Part shown: positions 1-13,000 of the stretch, piece after piece | How the letters are laid out: every line of letters starts with the position of its first letter | How positions within the stretch are numbered: position 1 is the first letter of the stretch | Assembly (NCBI RefSeq): GCF_037042905.1 | Contig: NC_087246.1 | Location: 57,288,001-57,352,000, forward strand | DNA length: 64,000 nucleotides | Source: Lytechinus pictus | Lineage: Eukaryota | Reading direction: 5' to 3' | The notes under the pieces: model-generated | Seen by the model: only the letters and a program-made list of their open reading frames with translations | Databases searched by the model: none | What the model was told of the DNA's origin: nothing | Program-made: the position numbers and the translations under genes

Positions 1-384
1 TTAGTGGTGGGTTACCCCCCTATTCTGGCTAGATTGACTGGACTATTATTTGATACGAGAGTGGCCACTTATAAGAAGGTAAAACGGGTCTTTCTAAGAT
101 GAAAGGAGCACAGATCGCAATGTGTAAGGGTAAGGGGGCATTATTTCTTTGGTAAAAAAATGGCAATTTATTAGTGCTTCAAAAAGTGGGGATCTGCACG
201 TGCCTCTCTCTTCTTACAGCTTGTCGCTACATTATGATCCTGCTGGCCTTGGATAAAGTTGTCAAAGATATATTTGAAAGTGATTTGGACCAAATATTAT
301 CTAGATAATACTCTATTTTGTTTAGTTTACTGTGTTATGCAGGGTGGCCGATCCCGGGGTCATTCTACTATCGAATTGACGAGT

Positions 385-534
385 CAAGGGCTGCGGAACG
401 GTTTTCAAAGTGTGGGGGGGGGGGGCTGACCATGCAAAAAAATCACAATCATATGGTCATTTTTACGTTTTTGTACACGGTTTTGGAAAAAAAGACCCCA
501 GCAGCCCCCCCCCCCCCCGCTTCCGCGGCCCCTG
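385..534. mobile_element. Short non-autonomous TIR element (MITE) with poly-G/poly-C subtermini
   Basis: Ends CAAGGGCTGCGGAA / TTCCGCGGCCCCTG are imperfect inverted repeats; flanks cgagt/tgagt look like a 5-bp TSD. Confidence 0.55.
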
Positions 535-1576
535 TGAGTGTCCCATTCAGGTATAATTGAAAAAAAAATTAAGCATAAAACATTTGTAAAATGAGCAAGG
601 TCCATGCAATGAGTGAGATAGATGTTCACAATAATATTTGGAAGCCTGGAAGGGGTAACAACACGAGTCCCTTCCCGATGGCTAATCTTGACCCCCTGCA
701 AACATTAAAGAACCGCGCCTGTTGCCCATTTGTTTCTGCAACTTAACATGATGGTTTATTTTATGACATTGTATAGGCATAATAAACATGATAATCATTT
801 AATGTACGTCAAAATGTTTAGTGTTTTTTTTTTGTCTTACTTAACGCCATTTATTTCCTTATTGGTTTCTTTTTAAAAGCTCTTTTCTCTCTCTCTTCTG
901 TAACTTTCCCCTCACTATCCTGTAAAGCTCAGTCTTTTGATAAAGGTGTAGGTCTATATATTTTCATGAATATAATTGTGAATATCATGTTAAGCTATGC
1001 ATGACGTACCCATTATTATATACGAACATTCTTTCATCTAAACATATTATTCAGAAAAGTTTTAGAAGGGCGGATATTATCATTTTGGTAATCGTCGAAA
1101 CCTTGTTCCAATATGTTCACGTTTTCAGATCGTGGATTTCACTTTGTGGCGTGACGTCATAAAGAGAAGATGGCTACTTGTTAAGTGCAGATGAGGTAGG
1201 TAAACATTGAGTGTCATACGTGGCATGTCTTATGAGGGTGCTGAATAAATAAGCATAGCTCTGTCTGGAATCTGCAAATATGACAAATTGACTGACTTCA
1301 ATCGCAAAACGCCGACAACTGCAGTCATTTTGTGCTTTCACATCGAAAGGATGCTGTCGATGGTCATGATTGTGGAGAAGGAAAAACGTCATTTTAAACC
1401 TTTGGGCTATTCATGCAGTAGTTCGAAGAACTCATGTTTGACTTTTGACATGTTTGGTTTAAGTTATTAACCAACGAAAGAGAGGTTCAACTCACGATCG
1501 ACAGGAAAGTTCAAGAAAAAGTGCTGAAAATATCGATCGGATTTTATTGTTTGACAATCAACTTGGTGAAGGAATC

Positions 1577-3250
1577 ATGATGAAAAGAGTGCGTTTGACT
1601 CAAGCGATTTTCCCTTTCTTCCTTGGCGCCATATTTATGTACAGCGTACAAATTCTTTACAGTTATCCATCACTTGATAAATATTCCAGCTCTCGGGTGC
1701 GAGCCATCGAGGAAGGGTATGCGGACCGTATCCCGCGAGGATATGGATGGAAAAACCATGGAAGGTACAGACCATGGAATGATCATCCAAGGGACAAGGT
1801 GGTGGATTTTGGAGGAGCAAGACGGAAACGAAGTAAGTTTGAGCTGATGATAGACGAGGCGGAGCAACTCATGGCTCAAGTCACGGAGAAGAAAATGATT
1901 AGTGGCCAAAATATAGAAGAGAGCAAGGAAAACATGCAACATAATCTGAGAGACGATCATGCAGAGCGTCTCTTGGCTCAGGATGTCAACAAGGACAATG
2001 AGTTGGTCAGAGACCCAGAAACAAAAAGGAGCGAAAACCAACCTGGACTACGGAAGAACGAAGAGGAGCACCAGAAGATCCAGGTCGTCAAGGAGAAAAA
2101 CATTATTTCAGTAAAATACACAGAAACAAACGATAGCAAAAATAAATTAAATAATAGTCAACATATATTGAAAGATAAAAGGAATATTCAACATATACCA
2201 CTGCAGAGAAACAAGACGAAACATCTTCCAGATGAGAGTGTCAAGGAGTTAGTTAGACACCCAGAAACGGCAGATAGTGAGAAGGATACCCATTCTTCCC
2301 ATAAAGATAAAAATATTGTTATCTACAACAAAGATATCACTATACCCAAGCACGAACATTACGTGGATGAACCGGCTGATGCACATAAGTATGCTTACAT
2401 ACATAAACCAAACGTTTGTTCTAAGGTGGATGGTAGGAGGGTAAGGGTCTTGCTTATCTTCATGGTAACCACATCTCCTAAGAACTTGGAGAGAAGGATG
2501 ATGATTCGTGATACGTACGGAAATAGGCGCAGATGGCCCGCTCTCTCATCTGGGGTATTTCGGACTGTTTTTCTTTTAGGCGCGGTTGAGAACAAAACCA
2601 TACAAAACAGCATCCACAAAGAGTCAGAAACCTACAGGGATATCATCCAGGAGGACTTCCTGGACAGCTACGCGAACCTGACCTTGAAGACAGTCATGGG
2701 ACTGAAGTGGGTAGCGAACCATTGCAGGCATGCCAAGTATACCATGAAGATAGACGACGATTCAATGATTCACCAAGCACGACTGCTTGGGCTGCTAAAG
2801 AATGCCACTTCCGTGAAGTTCACTGCTGCAGAATCACTGATGAACGCCCCAGTGCTGCGTAACACGAGCAGCAAGTACTACATCTCTGAGACCTACTACC
2901 CTGCGCCAACATATCCTCCTTATTTGAACGGACCTGGGTATCTGATATCGACGGACCTTACCGAAGGAATATACAAAGTTGCTATCAAAACGCCTTTGTT
3001 TCCTTGGGAAGACGTTTTCTTGGGGATTTGCTTGAAGCGCCTCGGGGTTACGCCCAGACACATTCCTAATTTCATGTACATCGTAGCCAGATCTAGAGAG
3101 CTACGGAACAAGAAAAGAGCAGTAAACCTGTTTAAAAGCCACACTGTGGTTTCGAACCTGCGACCTACAGATATGATGCTCATGTGGACCACTACCCGAA
3201 TAAGGATAAAAGGCAATATAAAAAACAACAATAATTTGATAAAATCCTGA
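1577..3250 (+). CDS. Beta-1,3-galactosyltransferase 1-like (GT31/Galactosyl_T family), type II membrane protein, intronless CDS, 557 aa
   Basis: First ATG of the long ORF is at 1577. N-terminal hydrophobic anchor (AIFPFFLGAIFMYSVQILY), long stem, then GT31 motifs IQEDFLDSYANLTLKT, KIDDD (DxD), YPPYLNGPGY and WEDVFLG. Exact subfamily/orthologue not assignable by eye. Confidence 0.9.
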   Translation: MMKRVRLTQAIFPFFLGAIFMYSVQILYSYPSLDKYSSSRVRAIEEGYADRIPRGYGWKNHGRYRPWNDHPRDKVVDFGGARRKRSKFELMIDEAEQLMAQVTEKKMISGQNIEESKENMQHNLRDDHAERLLAQDVNKDNELVRDPETKRSENQPGLRKNEEEHQKIQVVKEKNIISVKYTETNDSKNKLNNSQHILKDKRNIQHIPLQRNKTKHLPDESVKELVRHPETADSEKDTHSSHKDKNIVIYNKDITIPKHEHYVDEPADAHKYAYIHKPNVCSKVDGRRVRVLLIFMVTTSPKNLERRMMIRDTYGNRRRWPALSSGVFRTVFLLGAVENKTIQNSIHKESETYRDIIQEDFLDSYANLTLKTVMGLKWVANHCRHAKYTMKIDDDSMIHQARLLGLLKNATSVKFTAAESLMNAPVLRNTSSKYYISETYYPAPTYPPYLNGPGYLISTDLTEGIYKVAIKTPLFPWEDVFLGICLKRLGVTPRHIPNFMYIVARSRELRNKKRAVNLFKSHTVVSNLRPTDMMLMWTTTRIRIKGNIKNNNNLIKS

Positions 3251-4874
3251 TTTTCCAGTACGTTTGTATCATTTTGTATTCGGCCTTTTCAATTGGCAAG
3301 TCTTTCTCTCTAATAACACATAATATATAGCTTGTCGTATTTAAATGTGATTTAACTTATTCTTTTATTAAAACTTCTGTTCATAAAATTCGATGATATT
3401 GGTAAAACACAAAACATTTACTGTTGTCAGTTAACTTAGGAACCCACTCCCCTTTACGTTGAAATTAAGCAACCTGTGTTCGATTCATAATAACGTACTT
3501 TTAGAGATGTTACCGCATGCACGTTAATGGATGAATATAAAACAATATGACACAATTACGATCATTCCAGTGATTTTAAAAAGAAAGAAAATAAACAAAA
3601 TGTCAGTATTATCGTTATGTTTGTTTTGAACTCTCAATGTTTATTATTTGTTATATGTATATTTTTCTTAATGTCAAAGAATTTATCATGGCCCAATCAC
3701 CTTAGATATTGTTTTGTAATTGTGTTTTTAATTATGGCTAACTGTGACTAATTCACTGACTAAATTTAAACCGATTTGATGCAAGGATTTCAGCATTTTT
3801 AAAAACAATATTATTCAGTGAAAATCACCACCTGTCTTACGCAATGTTGCCCAGTAGTTGCATGATAATTTTGAATCAGTTTCTGTAACACAACACATGC
3901 ATTTCTCATAGTATGACTGTCAATGGATTTATGTAGTTGCAACAAGGAAATGTGATTGAAAGCTCATCAGTTGCAAACTGTACGTTGTGTTAAAAAGGCA
4001 GGGTCGACCGTCTCGTATAACCCCTTTTCAAGAAGACATAGTGAAAGAATTAGAAAAAGTAGCAAGAAAAGGTAAGAGATGAGAAAGCAGAGTATAAAAG
4101 AAAGGTATTGGTCTTGCAATTCTTTTACCCCTGTGATTGTTCGCTCAGCCCCCTCCCCCCAAGAAAATAAACTGATGAAGACTTTTGTAATGATTTCTCG
4201 ATTTTTTCTCCATTTATTGAAATTAACTTTATGTTGGTGTAGACGTTGTTTTTCATCAATGTTTCTCAAGACACATCTGTGAAAATAAGAAGAAAAGAGA
4301 ATATAACAATGTAGAAAAAGAGAATATAACATTGAAGAAAAAAAGAATATAAAAAATGTAGACGATTGTATACACACTTGAAATTTCAATTTTCTATGTA
4401 CTGTATATCTACATCACTACATGAAAAGGTCCCCAGGTATTTTTTTCCAGGTCATATAGTCATGATTTGCATGTCACGTAGCTATGTCTCTCTTTTGCAA
4501 TATTGTCCATTATACCGAACAAAAAGTGGCTTCAAAATGTCATTTTACTGATCAAAAGGGGAGAACATCGTTTTGTTTGAGCTTTGTCAACAATATACAA
4601 TCACTTTTTTATTCCGGTGTAGAATTGAAGTAGCTGACTTGCCGACTGTCTCTATTAGTCTATTGTATTTCTGACCGCCTTACATACGTTACGTAATTAT
4701 TAGTTTGCACTTCAGAAAAAGAATATCAAAAGTTAGGGAAAATTTAGCATCACAACCAAATATTTTGTTCTTTGTCCACAACTGGCAATCCCACACACGA
4801 ACGTTTTTAGCCTTCCATAATTGATAATTGAATTTGGAGAATCTCACTTTAATGACGCAATGAAGTGATTTTAA

Positions 4875-5355
4875 AGGACAAGTCCACCCCAACAAAAAGT
4901 TAATTTGAAAAAAGGAGAAAAATCCAAAAGCTAAACACTGAAAATTTCATCAAAATCGGATGTAAAATAAGAAAGTTATGACAGTTAAAAGTTTCGCTTA
5001 ATTTTATCAAACAGTTATATGCACATCCTGGTCGGTATGCAAATTTGCAAACTGATGACGTCACCCACTCACTATTTCTTTTGTATTTTATTATATGAAA
5101 TATGAAATATTCTAATTTTCTCCTCCTTGTCAAGTGAAACAAAGTTTTATTTCTCCCTGAACATGTGGAATTACCATCATTTTAAGAGTTTATGGTTAAG
5201 TAAAGTTGGTCCTTATTGTCAAATCAACAAAAGAAAATTGAAAATGTCATAACTTTCTTATTTTACATCCGATTTCGATGAAATTTGCAGCGTTATATTT
5301 GTTTGATTTTTCCTTATCGATTCAAATCAACAATTTTCTTGGGTGGACTTGACCT
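4875..5355. mobile_element. Kolobok/T2-type MITE (family D)
   Basis: TTAA TSD (4871-4874, 5356-5359); termini AGGACAAGTCCACCC / GGGTGGACTTGACCT. A partial relative lies at about 50290-50465. Confidence 0.8.
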
Positions 5356-6572
5356 TTAATAACAAATATACTAGTATATGTTTTCGTGGCTGCCCGTTCT
5401 ATATATAATGCAGATCTAATGTCAAAAGGTATCTTCAGGCTCAAAATCATAATTAATTTATACTGAAAGCCGTAAAATATTCAGGTTAAATTATAATAAA
5501 AGATAAAAATAGTATATTCAAAACGTATACATATTACATGTAAAGGTCTTATAGTTCACGGAATATGATTATTGCACTGGTAAAATAATAAGAAAAATTC
5601 GCCCAAGTGGAAAAGTCAAATAATTTTGAAAGGAAAAAAAATAGATTAAATTATACACGGAAAAAATACTTACTGCTTTCTTGAAAGGAGAATTTTTCAA
5701 TATGAAATCAAAGTTTGTGATAGATTATTAAAAGATATTCCGAAAATATTACATTTCACCGTTTGCTTCTATACCATTTTTTGGGTTGTAAAATTTGTTT
5801 GCCTTTTTTTTTTTGGGGGGGGGGGCAATTGCACTCAGGGCCCTCATCTTGTGCGTGTGTGTGTATATATACTTTAATACTGTAATAATATGCGATAAAG
5901 CGCTTTGAGCCGCTGTGGAAAAAGCGCTATATAAAAATTAGCTATTATTATACATTTTACATTTAAAAATACATTATTTTGTGAGTGTGTAAGCCTAAAA
6001 TGCTCTGCTGCTTTTTTTTGGAAAATAATATTAATAGTGAGCGGAGTGAGCATGGAAAAAACAATTCTTGCTTGGTTTTATTGTATTATGCATAATGATG
6101 ATTCTAATAACAATAATAATGAATATCGTTATAATAATGTCATTAGAATTCTTTTTATTTTTTACTTGAAACTGGGGAGGGGGTATTTTAATATACGCTA
6201 GAAAGTTTGCATGGGGGATGAATCTCCCATATTCCCAGCGATTTCCACCCCCTGCCTAAATATACACGTGCATTATTGTGTACTCTCCATGAACATGCAA
6301 AGAATACTGAACTAGAGCCGGCCAGGCAGGAGGGTATGAAGGCGACAAGTGAAGATAAATGGCACGTCGAGTTGAGCATCCAATGGTTAAGAAAATTACC
6401 CAGGACAACCAGGGACATGTTAAGAAATCTACTTTAAAACCCATGTGACTGACGAGCCTACGACAAGATATGTGTTTTAAACAGGTATTTCAACAATACA
6501 GATTTTCATTTGGCAACAGTTTCTCAGACTAACAAGATAAAGTAAAATTCTAACTTGTCTAGTGGACATAAT

Positions 6573-6748
6573 CATAGGCGGCGGAAGCGGGGGGGGGGGG
6601 GGGGCGGGGGGACGTGTCCCCCCTAAATATGAGGTAGGGGTCGACCCCCCTAATTTTTTTGTTGACAACCTTTTTTTTTTTTTTTTTGCTTGTCAAAAAT
6701 TTTCGGTGGTCCGGTCCCCCCTATAATTTTTGGCTTCCACCGCCAATG
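6573..6748. mobile_element. hAT-type MITE
   Basis: TIR CATAGGCGGCGGAAGC / GCTTCCACCGCCAATG; 8-bp TSD gacataat/gacataac. Confidence 0.8.
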
Positions 6749-7459
6749 GACATAACGGGTTACCAGCGAACAGAAATAACCATAATTCAAGTAGTGTCAA
6801 GTTAATTATCTCACATTCAAGCAAGAACACGCATAAATTATTATATAACATTGTGTTAATAATTATACATCTTTCATGAGTGAGCTCTAAAATAGCTAAA
6901 TCGTAGGGAAATGCAGAAATAAGGCTCATTTGTTTAAGTAGTTATAAAATTGTATATGTATTTTTATTCACGATTCTTTTATATTATGTTGGCATGAGAA
7001 TATCGCAAGGGCCTCCCTTTTGTATCCATAACTAATTTGAAATTTTCAAAAGAAACTGATCCAAAACTGCTTCCATAGACAAATTGTAAGTATACTGATA
7101 TTTCGCTTAGGCTTTGCAGAAGCCAACCGGCTCCGAAGGGTTAACATCGGCACGCCACATGGAATCTCAAACCCCTGTTGAAAACTTTATCAATGATTGG
7201 GATGCTTTTGTATTCCTGTAGATTTTCAAATGCATTGTACTTAAGTTCTCTATATACCTTAACACATCCCCGTGAAAACGAATCAGAATGTGCCTCTGTC
7301 CAAGCATGGATAGGTCCATGGTCCAAGTAACTATTCAAACAGCTGAAAGTACGCCATCTACGCTCAAATCATAGACAGACGATCTTGATCATCGAATTCG
7401 ATGGTCATTAAGGGGGGGGGGGGTAATCTTAAGGAAAACTAATTAGTTCGCAGTGTTTA

Positions 7460-8565
7460 CAACCCTCCTCTCTCTTCCACTCACTTTCTCCTAAATTGAG
7501 GTCATCTTATTCTCTATTATCTCTCACACTACCCCAATTTAATCATCTTCTTCCACCGTCATTCCTTCATCACAGGTCTCTCTCCCGACCTGTATTTTTC
7601 TCTTGCCATTTTGTCAACATCTTTCTCTCTAATTAACTTCCCCCCCCCATCTCCACTACACTCTTTCCTCTCTCATCTTTTTTCTTCAATTCACTTTTCC
7701 TTCTCATACCTCTATTCACCTTCATAACTCTTCACCCCTTTCCTTTCTCCTCTTTAGTACTCTCAACATATCTTTCACCCCGGGTCTTTCACTTTTCCCT
7801 CTTCCCTTAATTGTCTGTATATCCACTCGACTCTTCACCCCTCTTCACCCCTTCCTCACCAACAACTCCCTCTCTCTTTCATTTTCCCTCTTCCCATATA
7901 TCTACCCACTAGACTCTTCATTCCAGCTTCCTCTCAATAACCCTCTCTCTCTTCCCATTTCTCTATCCACTTAACTCTTCACTCTCTCCTTACTGTACCC
8001 TCTCCACCCCCTCTGTCTTATTTTCCCCTCTTCCCGTTTCTCCATCCATGTAACTCTTCACCCCTATCTCGTCGGTACCATCTCAACATCTCTGTCTCTT
8101 CAATTCACATTCCCCCCTTTATCTCTATTCACTTTCACAACTCTTCATCCCTTTCCTTATTGTACCTTCTCCACATCTCTCTTTCTTCAAATACCTCCCT
8201 CCTCTTTCATCAACCCCCCCCCCCCCACCAGGCTGCATTTCACTTGTCTCTTCTAATCCCAATCTCAATCTTTTCTTCCGAATTCAACAACTCTCTCTTC
8301 CTTTCACTTTTTCCTCTTCTCTTATCGCTTTCCACCTAACTCTTCACCCCCTTCATCTCTCTTCTCCCTCAACACCTCTTTCCGTATCCCTATCCATTAA
8401 AGTCTTCACACCCCTCTGTACTATCTTAACATCTCTCTTCTATTTACATTTCCCCATTCCTTTATCTCTATTCACTTTCACCACTTCCTTGTTGTACCTT
8501 TTCTCTCTTTCTTCAACCCCCCCCCCCCCATTCTACTCAGCTCTTCTTACCCCAATCTCAATCTG
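7460..8565 (+). repeat. Polypyrimidine (C/T-rich) degenerate tandem repeat
   Basis: About 1.1 kb almost devoid of G on the + strand; recurring ACTCTTCACCCC motif; higher-order duplication of about 8040-8272 at about 8390-8565. Confidence 0.75.
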
Positions 8566-9714
8566 TGTCAAGTTGGTTTTAATTAAAGATGCATATGAGA
8601 GAACGTACTTATAAAGGTTAGAAAGATTCCTTCAGATAACAAAAAAAAATTGAGATTTTTTTTCTTCCAAGCTTTCATTTTGTGACATCACTCACATGCC
8701 AGCATCTTCTAATCATGTCATGTGATATAAAATGGTTCAAAATATTTTTTATTTCACAAGAGCATGTATGTAATTATATATCTGATTAGATATTGAATGC
8801 ACAATTCAAATATTTGTCAATTTACAAAAAGGGCGCTGATTGCATGTAATGTCACAATTAAATTGCTACTAATCTTTGCTGATGCATTTTAACCAACCCT
8901 TTCTTATGCTCCTCTCTCAATCTTTTGCTCTTATCAAAACAATTTATCATATCATGATGTAAAAGCCCTTTATTCAATGTACATGTAAATAGTATCTCTA
9001 AAACAGAAATTCTTCCTCACATTTACATCAATTCCCCACACCAGAATAATAAGAGATTGACATGAATCAACTTTGAACATTCATTTAATAAAAGTCTCTT
9101 CAATTTCATTCAACTGTTGTACAAGAGTAAAACACACATCTGTAAAATCCTAGTTTCTGTTTGGTTCAACAGCAAAAAGGGTGGGCATATATGAAAGGGG
9201 TAATGCACAAATAAACTTGAGGATGGATTTTTCAAGTTCACCTTCATAGCACATGCCCAATCTGCTGTATATATTATATACATGTCCTTTTCCACAATCC
9301 TTGCATCTGGGAACAAAACAAATTCTAATAAAAATGTATTGGGTTTCATAAATGTGTAATATTTTAATAAATAACTTCAATTTGACCATGAAATTAATCT
9401 CCTTAGTGAATTAATAAGCTCCACCGATGATCGAAAAAGCTAGTAACAATTTGTTACAAATTAAACTGAAGTTTACAGTGGTAATCAAATGTCTTGCAAC
9501 TGAATGAATGCCGGCTAGGTTCATATGGTATAATTTCACTTTATGTATTCCTTTAGGTCAACAACAAGAATTTCTATCTGGTTAAACTAGGGAAGATTAT
9601 CCTTATATGTTTGAGGGTGAGTAAAGGATGTTAAATAAGGGCATTGTGGAAAAGCATACATAGAATTCCTGATCGCAAAATAAAGTGCCATGCTATGGCT
9701 TTGTATTCCAAATG

Positions 9715-10056
9715 TTAACCTACAATGAGTAAGTCTTCTGTGGGGAAGGTGTATTCAGGGATTTCAAGATTGAGAGGGGCGGGTCCTTTCCTGATCCTGC
9801 CCGAGGCATCGTAATGGGAGCCGTGGCAAGGACAGTAGTAGCCTCCGTATTCTCCAGCATTGGCGATGGGTACACATCCGAGATGGGTGCACACCCCGAT
9901 GAGGACCAGCCATTCATCTTTTTGCACACGTTCTTTGTCGTGTTGAGGGTCTCGCAATGATCCAACATCGACAGCTACCACTTCATCAATCTCTTCCTGC
10001 GTCCTATGCCTGACAAAGAGTGGTTTTCCTCTCCATTTGAAGGTCATGTTCTTACC
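9715..10056 (-). CDS. UQCRFS1: UQCRFS1 coding exon 3 (Rieske [2Fe-2S] domain)
   Basis: Acceptor ctccag; [18 protein letters not shown]...CTHLGC...CPCHGSHYD...LIVG stop. Confidence 0.97.
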   Translation of the reverse strand, partial: GKNMTFKWRGKPLFVRHRTQEEIDEVVAVDVGSLRDPQHDKERVQKDEWLVLIGVCTHLGCVPIANAGEYGGYYCPCHGSHYDASGRIRKGPAPLNLEIPEYTFPTEDLLIVG

Positions 10057-13000
10057 CTGGAGCATCAAAGGAAAAATATGAGCACTGGTCTTGAATTTAA
10101 TGAAAGAAACTGTCTAACAAGTGTGAATGAAGGAGCCAATTGTTCTGAATGAATGAATCCACCGTATATGTAAATTATTTTACATAAACAATAGGCTCGT
10201 TAATCTGATCCTAAGTAACAAGCATGAATTTGGCAGTATTCTACATGCAATGTAAGCACTAAGAATTATCAACACATTAATGGATGAAACCTGCATAATA
10301 TATAGTTTCAGACAACAGATTCAGAACTACCTTTGCAAATTGGGACTGTTGAAATTCTAAAATGATAATGAAAAAGGTATCTTCTTTTTATCTTAATATC
10401 ATGACTTCTTGGGTAGAGGAAGAGATAATAATGATTTGAATTTGATTTTTTAAGCCTATAAGACTATTTTGATTAAAAAATGACCAGAGCATGTGGGCTT
10501 GACGTTTAATTTTTTCCTTTCCTGCTGCTGCCATACTTCCACCACCAACCACGAGGTAGGAGAACATCTGACACTCAGTCAATGATGTGCTTGCTATCTT
10601 CTGGTGATCTTTTGACTGGTCCCGTCTGTACCTTGAAGAATGATGCTACCTAGAATTTATCTCGGGGCATCCAAGGCCAAGGATGACCATTTGGCTGGCT
10701 TCAATGCCCTTCTCATTCCTCTTAGCGATTTGTTCATGCAATTTTTACAAAAATTTCACATCTTTGCCGTAATAAAGATAAGTGCTCTAAAAAAACCCAG
10801 TAGTTTTATCCTATAAAAACAATGACATTGCCCTAAAAACATCAAAATCAAAGACCTGCTTACCTCTGGGATTTCTTCCAGCTTGATTTCAATCTTGGCC
10901 ATGGCCAACACATCTGCAGAGGCATTCATGGTCTGGATGAAGTCAGTGACGATGTTCTTTGCACTGTATGCTGCTGCGATACTTCCACCGCCAACCAAGA
11001 GGTAGGAGAACATCTGACGGTCAGCCGATGATGTGCTTGCTGGCTTCTGGGGATCTCTTGTCTGGTCCCGTCTGTACTCTGAAAAGTCTGGTACTTGGAT
11101 GTCCGTGTGTGCGAACCTTACCTGTCCAGCACCTAAAAATAAAGGACAAATATTAGATCAATGAGTAATTACATACATACAAGAGCTACAGAATACTGAG
11201 TAGAGGTGTGCAATTGTTCCTGTAAAACTTTTAAACTTGTGATGACATTAAAGGGGAATCCAATCTAGGCCTGATTCAAAACGTTTAACCGACGTTCAAA
11301 CAACTGTTAAAACAAAAAACATTTACAAATTTAGTAAACGTTTAAACTGTTTGGGAAAAGGTGACAAAAATACCTTAAAACTGATATCTTGAAAAGTATT
11401 TTCTTTCAAACAATTATTTTTTTTTGTGTAATTTATTATTTTGGATAGATGAAACATTACAACTGAAATCTTATTTTTCTTTCTGAAAATTAAGTTTGCT
11501 GTGAAAGAGGCCCAGACCTAAATGATTATTTTACAAAGTAAATTATATTTACAGACGAAAGATTTCATTCTATTATATTTCATGATCCCATCCAAAATTA
11601 CCCCCAGAAATTTAAAGAGGCAAAATATTCTTTTAGATATTATAAAGCGAAAACAAAGAATAATTGTTTCATTTTCAAAGCGAGGTTTGACATTGAATGA
11701 ATAGATGTCAGATTGTAAGATGGCTGCTGGCATGGGGCCCCCCTTCAAACACAATCTGAATATCAGTTATTAAATGTATGGTGGTGTGACCTTAAATTGC
11801 AAGTTACCTTATTTTGTGCACTTTCAAATATCTCAATATCTACCTAATATCTTGAAAATCTGATTGCACCAACAGAAAAAGCAACCAAAAATAACCTAGA
11901 TTAGTAATTTTCTTTACGATAAGGTCTCTATAATTTGTGAAAATATTAGCAAAACATTGGCAAACTTTGTTACCTTTTGCGGCTGTTCCAAGGAAATCTG
12001 AACTCAAGAAATCGCAATTTGCAAGCAGAGTTCTACAAACAAGTAGGCCAAAGTAAAATGTGATACCAACCAATTTAATGGCTTTTTTAAAACCTCCATC
12101 TGATACAATAATCTCACCTTTTTCTGCTAGATTTCATTTCTAAAGTTTGGCAAAACGATCATGCGCAAATTGAGGTCACACTTTTTCAGCTGAGTGCACA
12201 CTAGTCGATCGCCATATAATTTTGAGATCGCGATACCAGAGAACCCTTGGCCTACTTAACAATTCCGTAGAGTGATTTTGACTCTAGGATCTTGCCTTCC
12301 GTTTGGTTTGATTTAAATTCACTTTGTGTGAACTGTGAGAAATTTGTTTTTGAATATCAACTAAAAACTTCATGATAATTTTTGAAATGTGCGCAAATTA
12401 CACGGAATGGTCACCCAATAATATACATGTAGTGAGGACCATAGATCTTGTGTAATTATGCAAGTAAATAATGTTATGTACCAACTTTGCAGCATTCTTC
12501 CAAAGGGAATTTTAGTAGACAGGTGATGAAAAAGGGCCAAAAACAGATTCTTAGTTTTTATTTCCTCAAATTCAAAATAAACAAAGATAGCTGATCAGTG
12601 ATTTTGTTAATTTTCCCACTTTTCAATTTTCTCACAAAAAACACCCATTCACATTTCAGTAATACAAAAAAAAACCATCTTAGTGACCAAAATATATATT
12701 TCATGTGATCCGAATTTCAGAAGCTGATCAGTATTCATTATACGCCTAACTTTAGTTTTAATAAGTACTAATGAACGTTAGAAGTGTCTTGAGTTAGACC
12801 TATCATAGTAAGTTACATCTATCGATTGATTGAATGTTGGGACTTGGCCAACAATTTGGCGCAAATGCAGTTTCGCACCGACCGACTTGGAGCAAATTTC
12901 TCCACCAGAAATTGTTCACCAAAAACAAAAAGCAAGTCTCCAAGTCACATTTTGAGGTCAATAAACAATAAACCCATTGTTTTTCTAAATATCGCAAGAG

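Noticed and set aside
1547-1576. TTG start of the 567-aa ORF
   Set aside because: Eukaryotic gene; the first ATG at 1577 gives a normal short cytoplasmic tail before the TM helix.
10388-10582. 64-aa ORF resembling the Rieske TM segment, as a second gene or mutually exclusive exon
   Set aside because: Similarity covers only 109 bp, the nearby acceptor is out of frame, there is no matching donor, and the changes are mostly non-synonymous.
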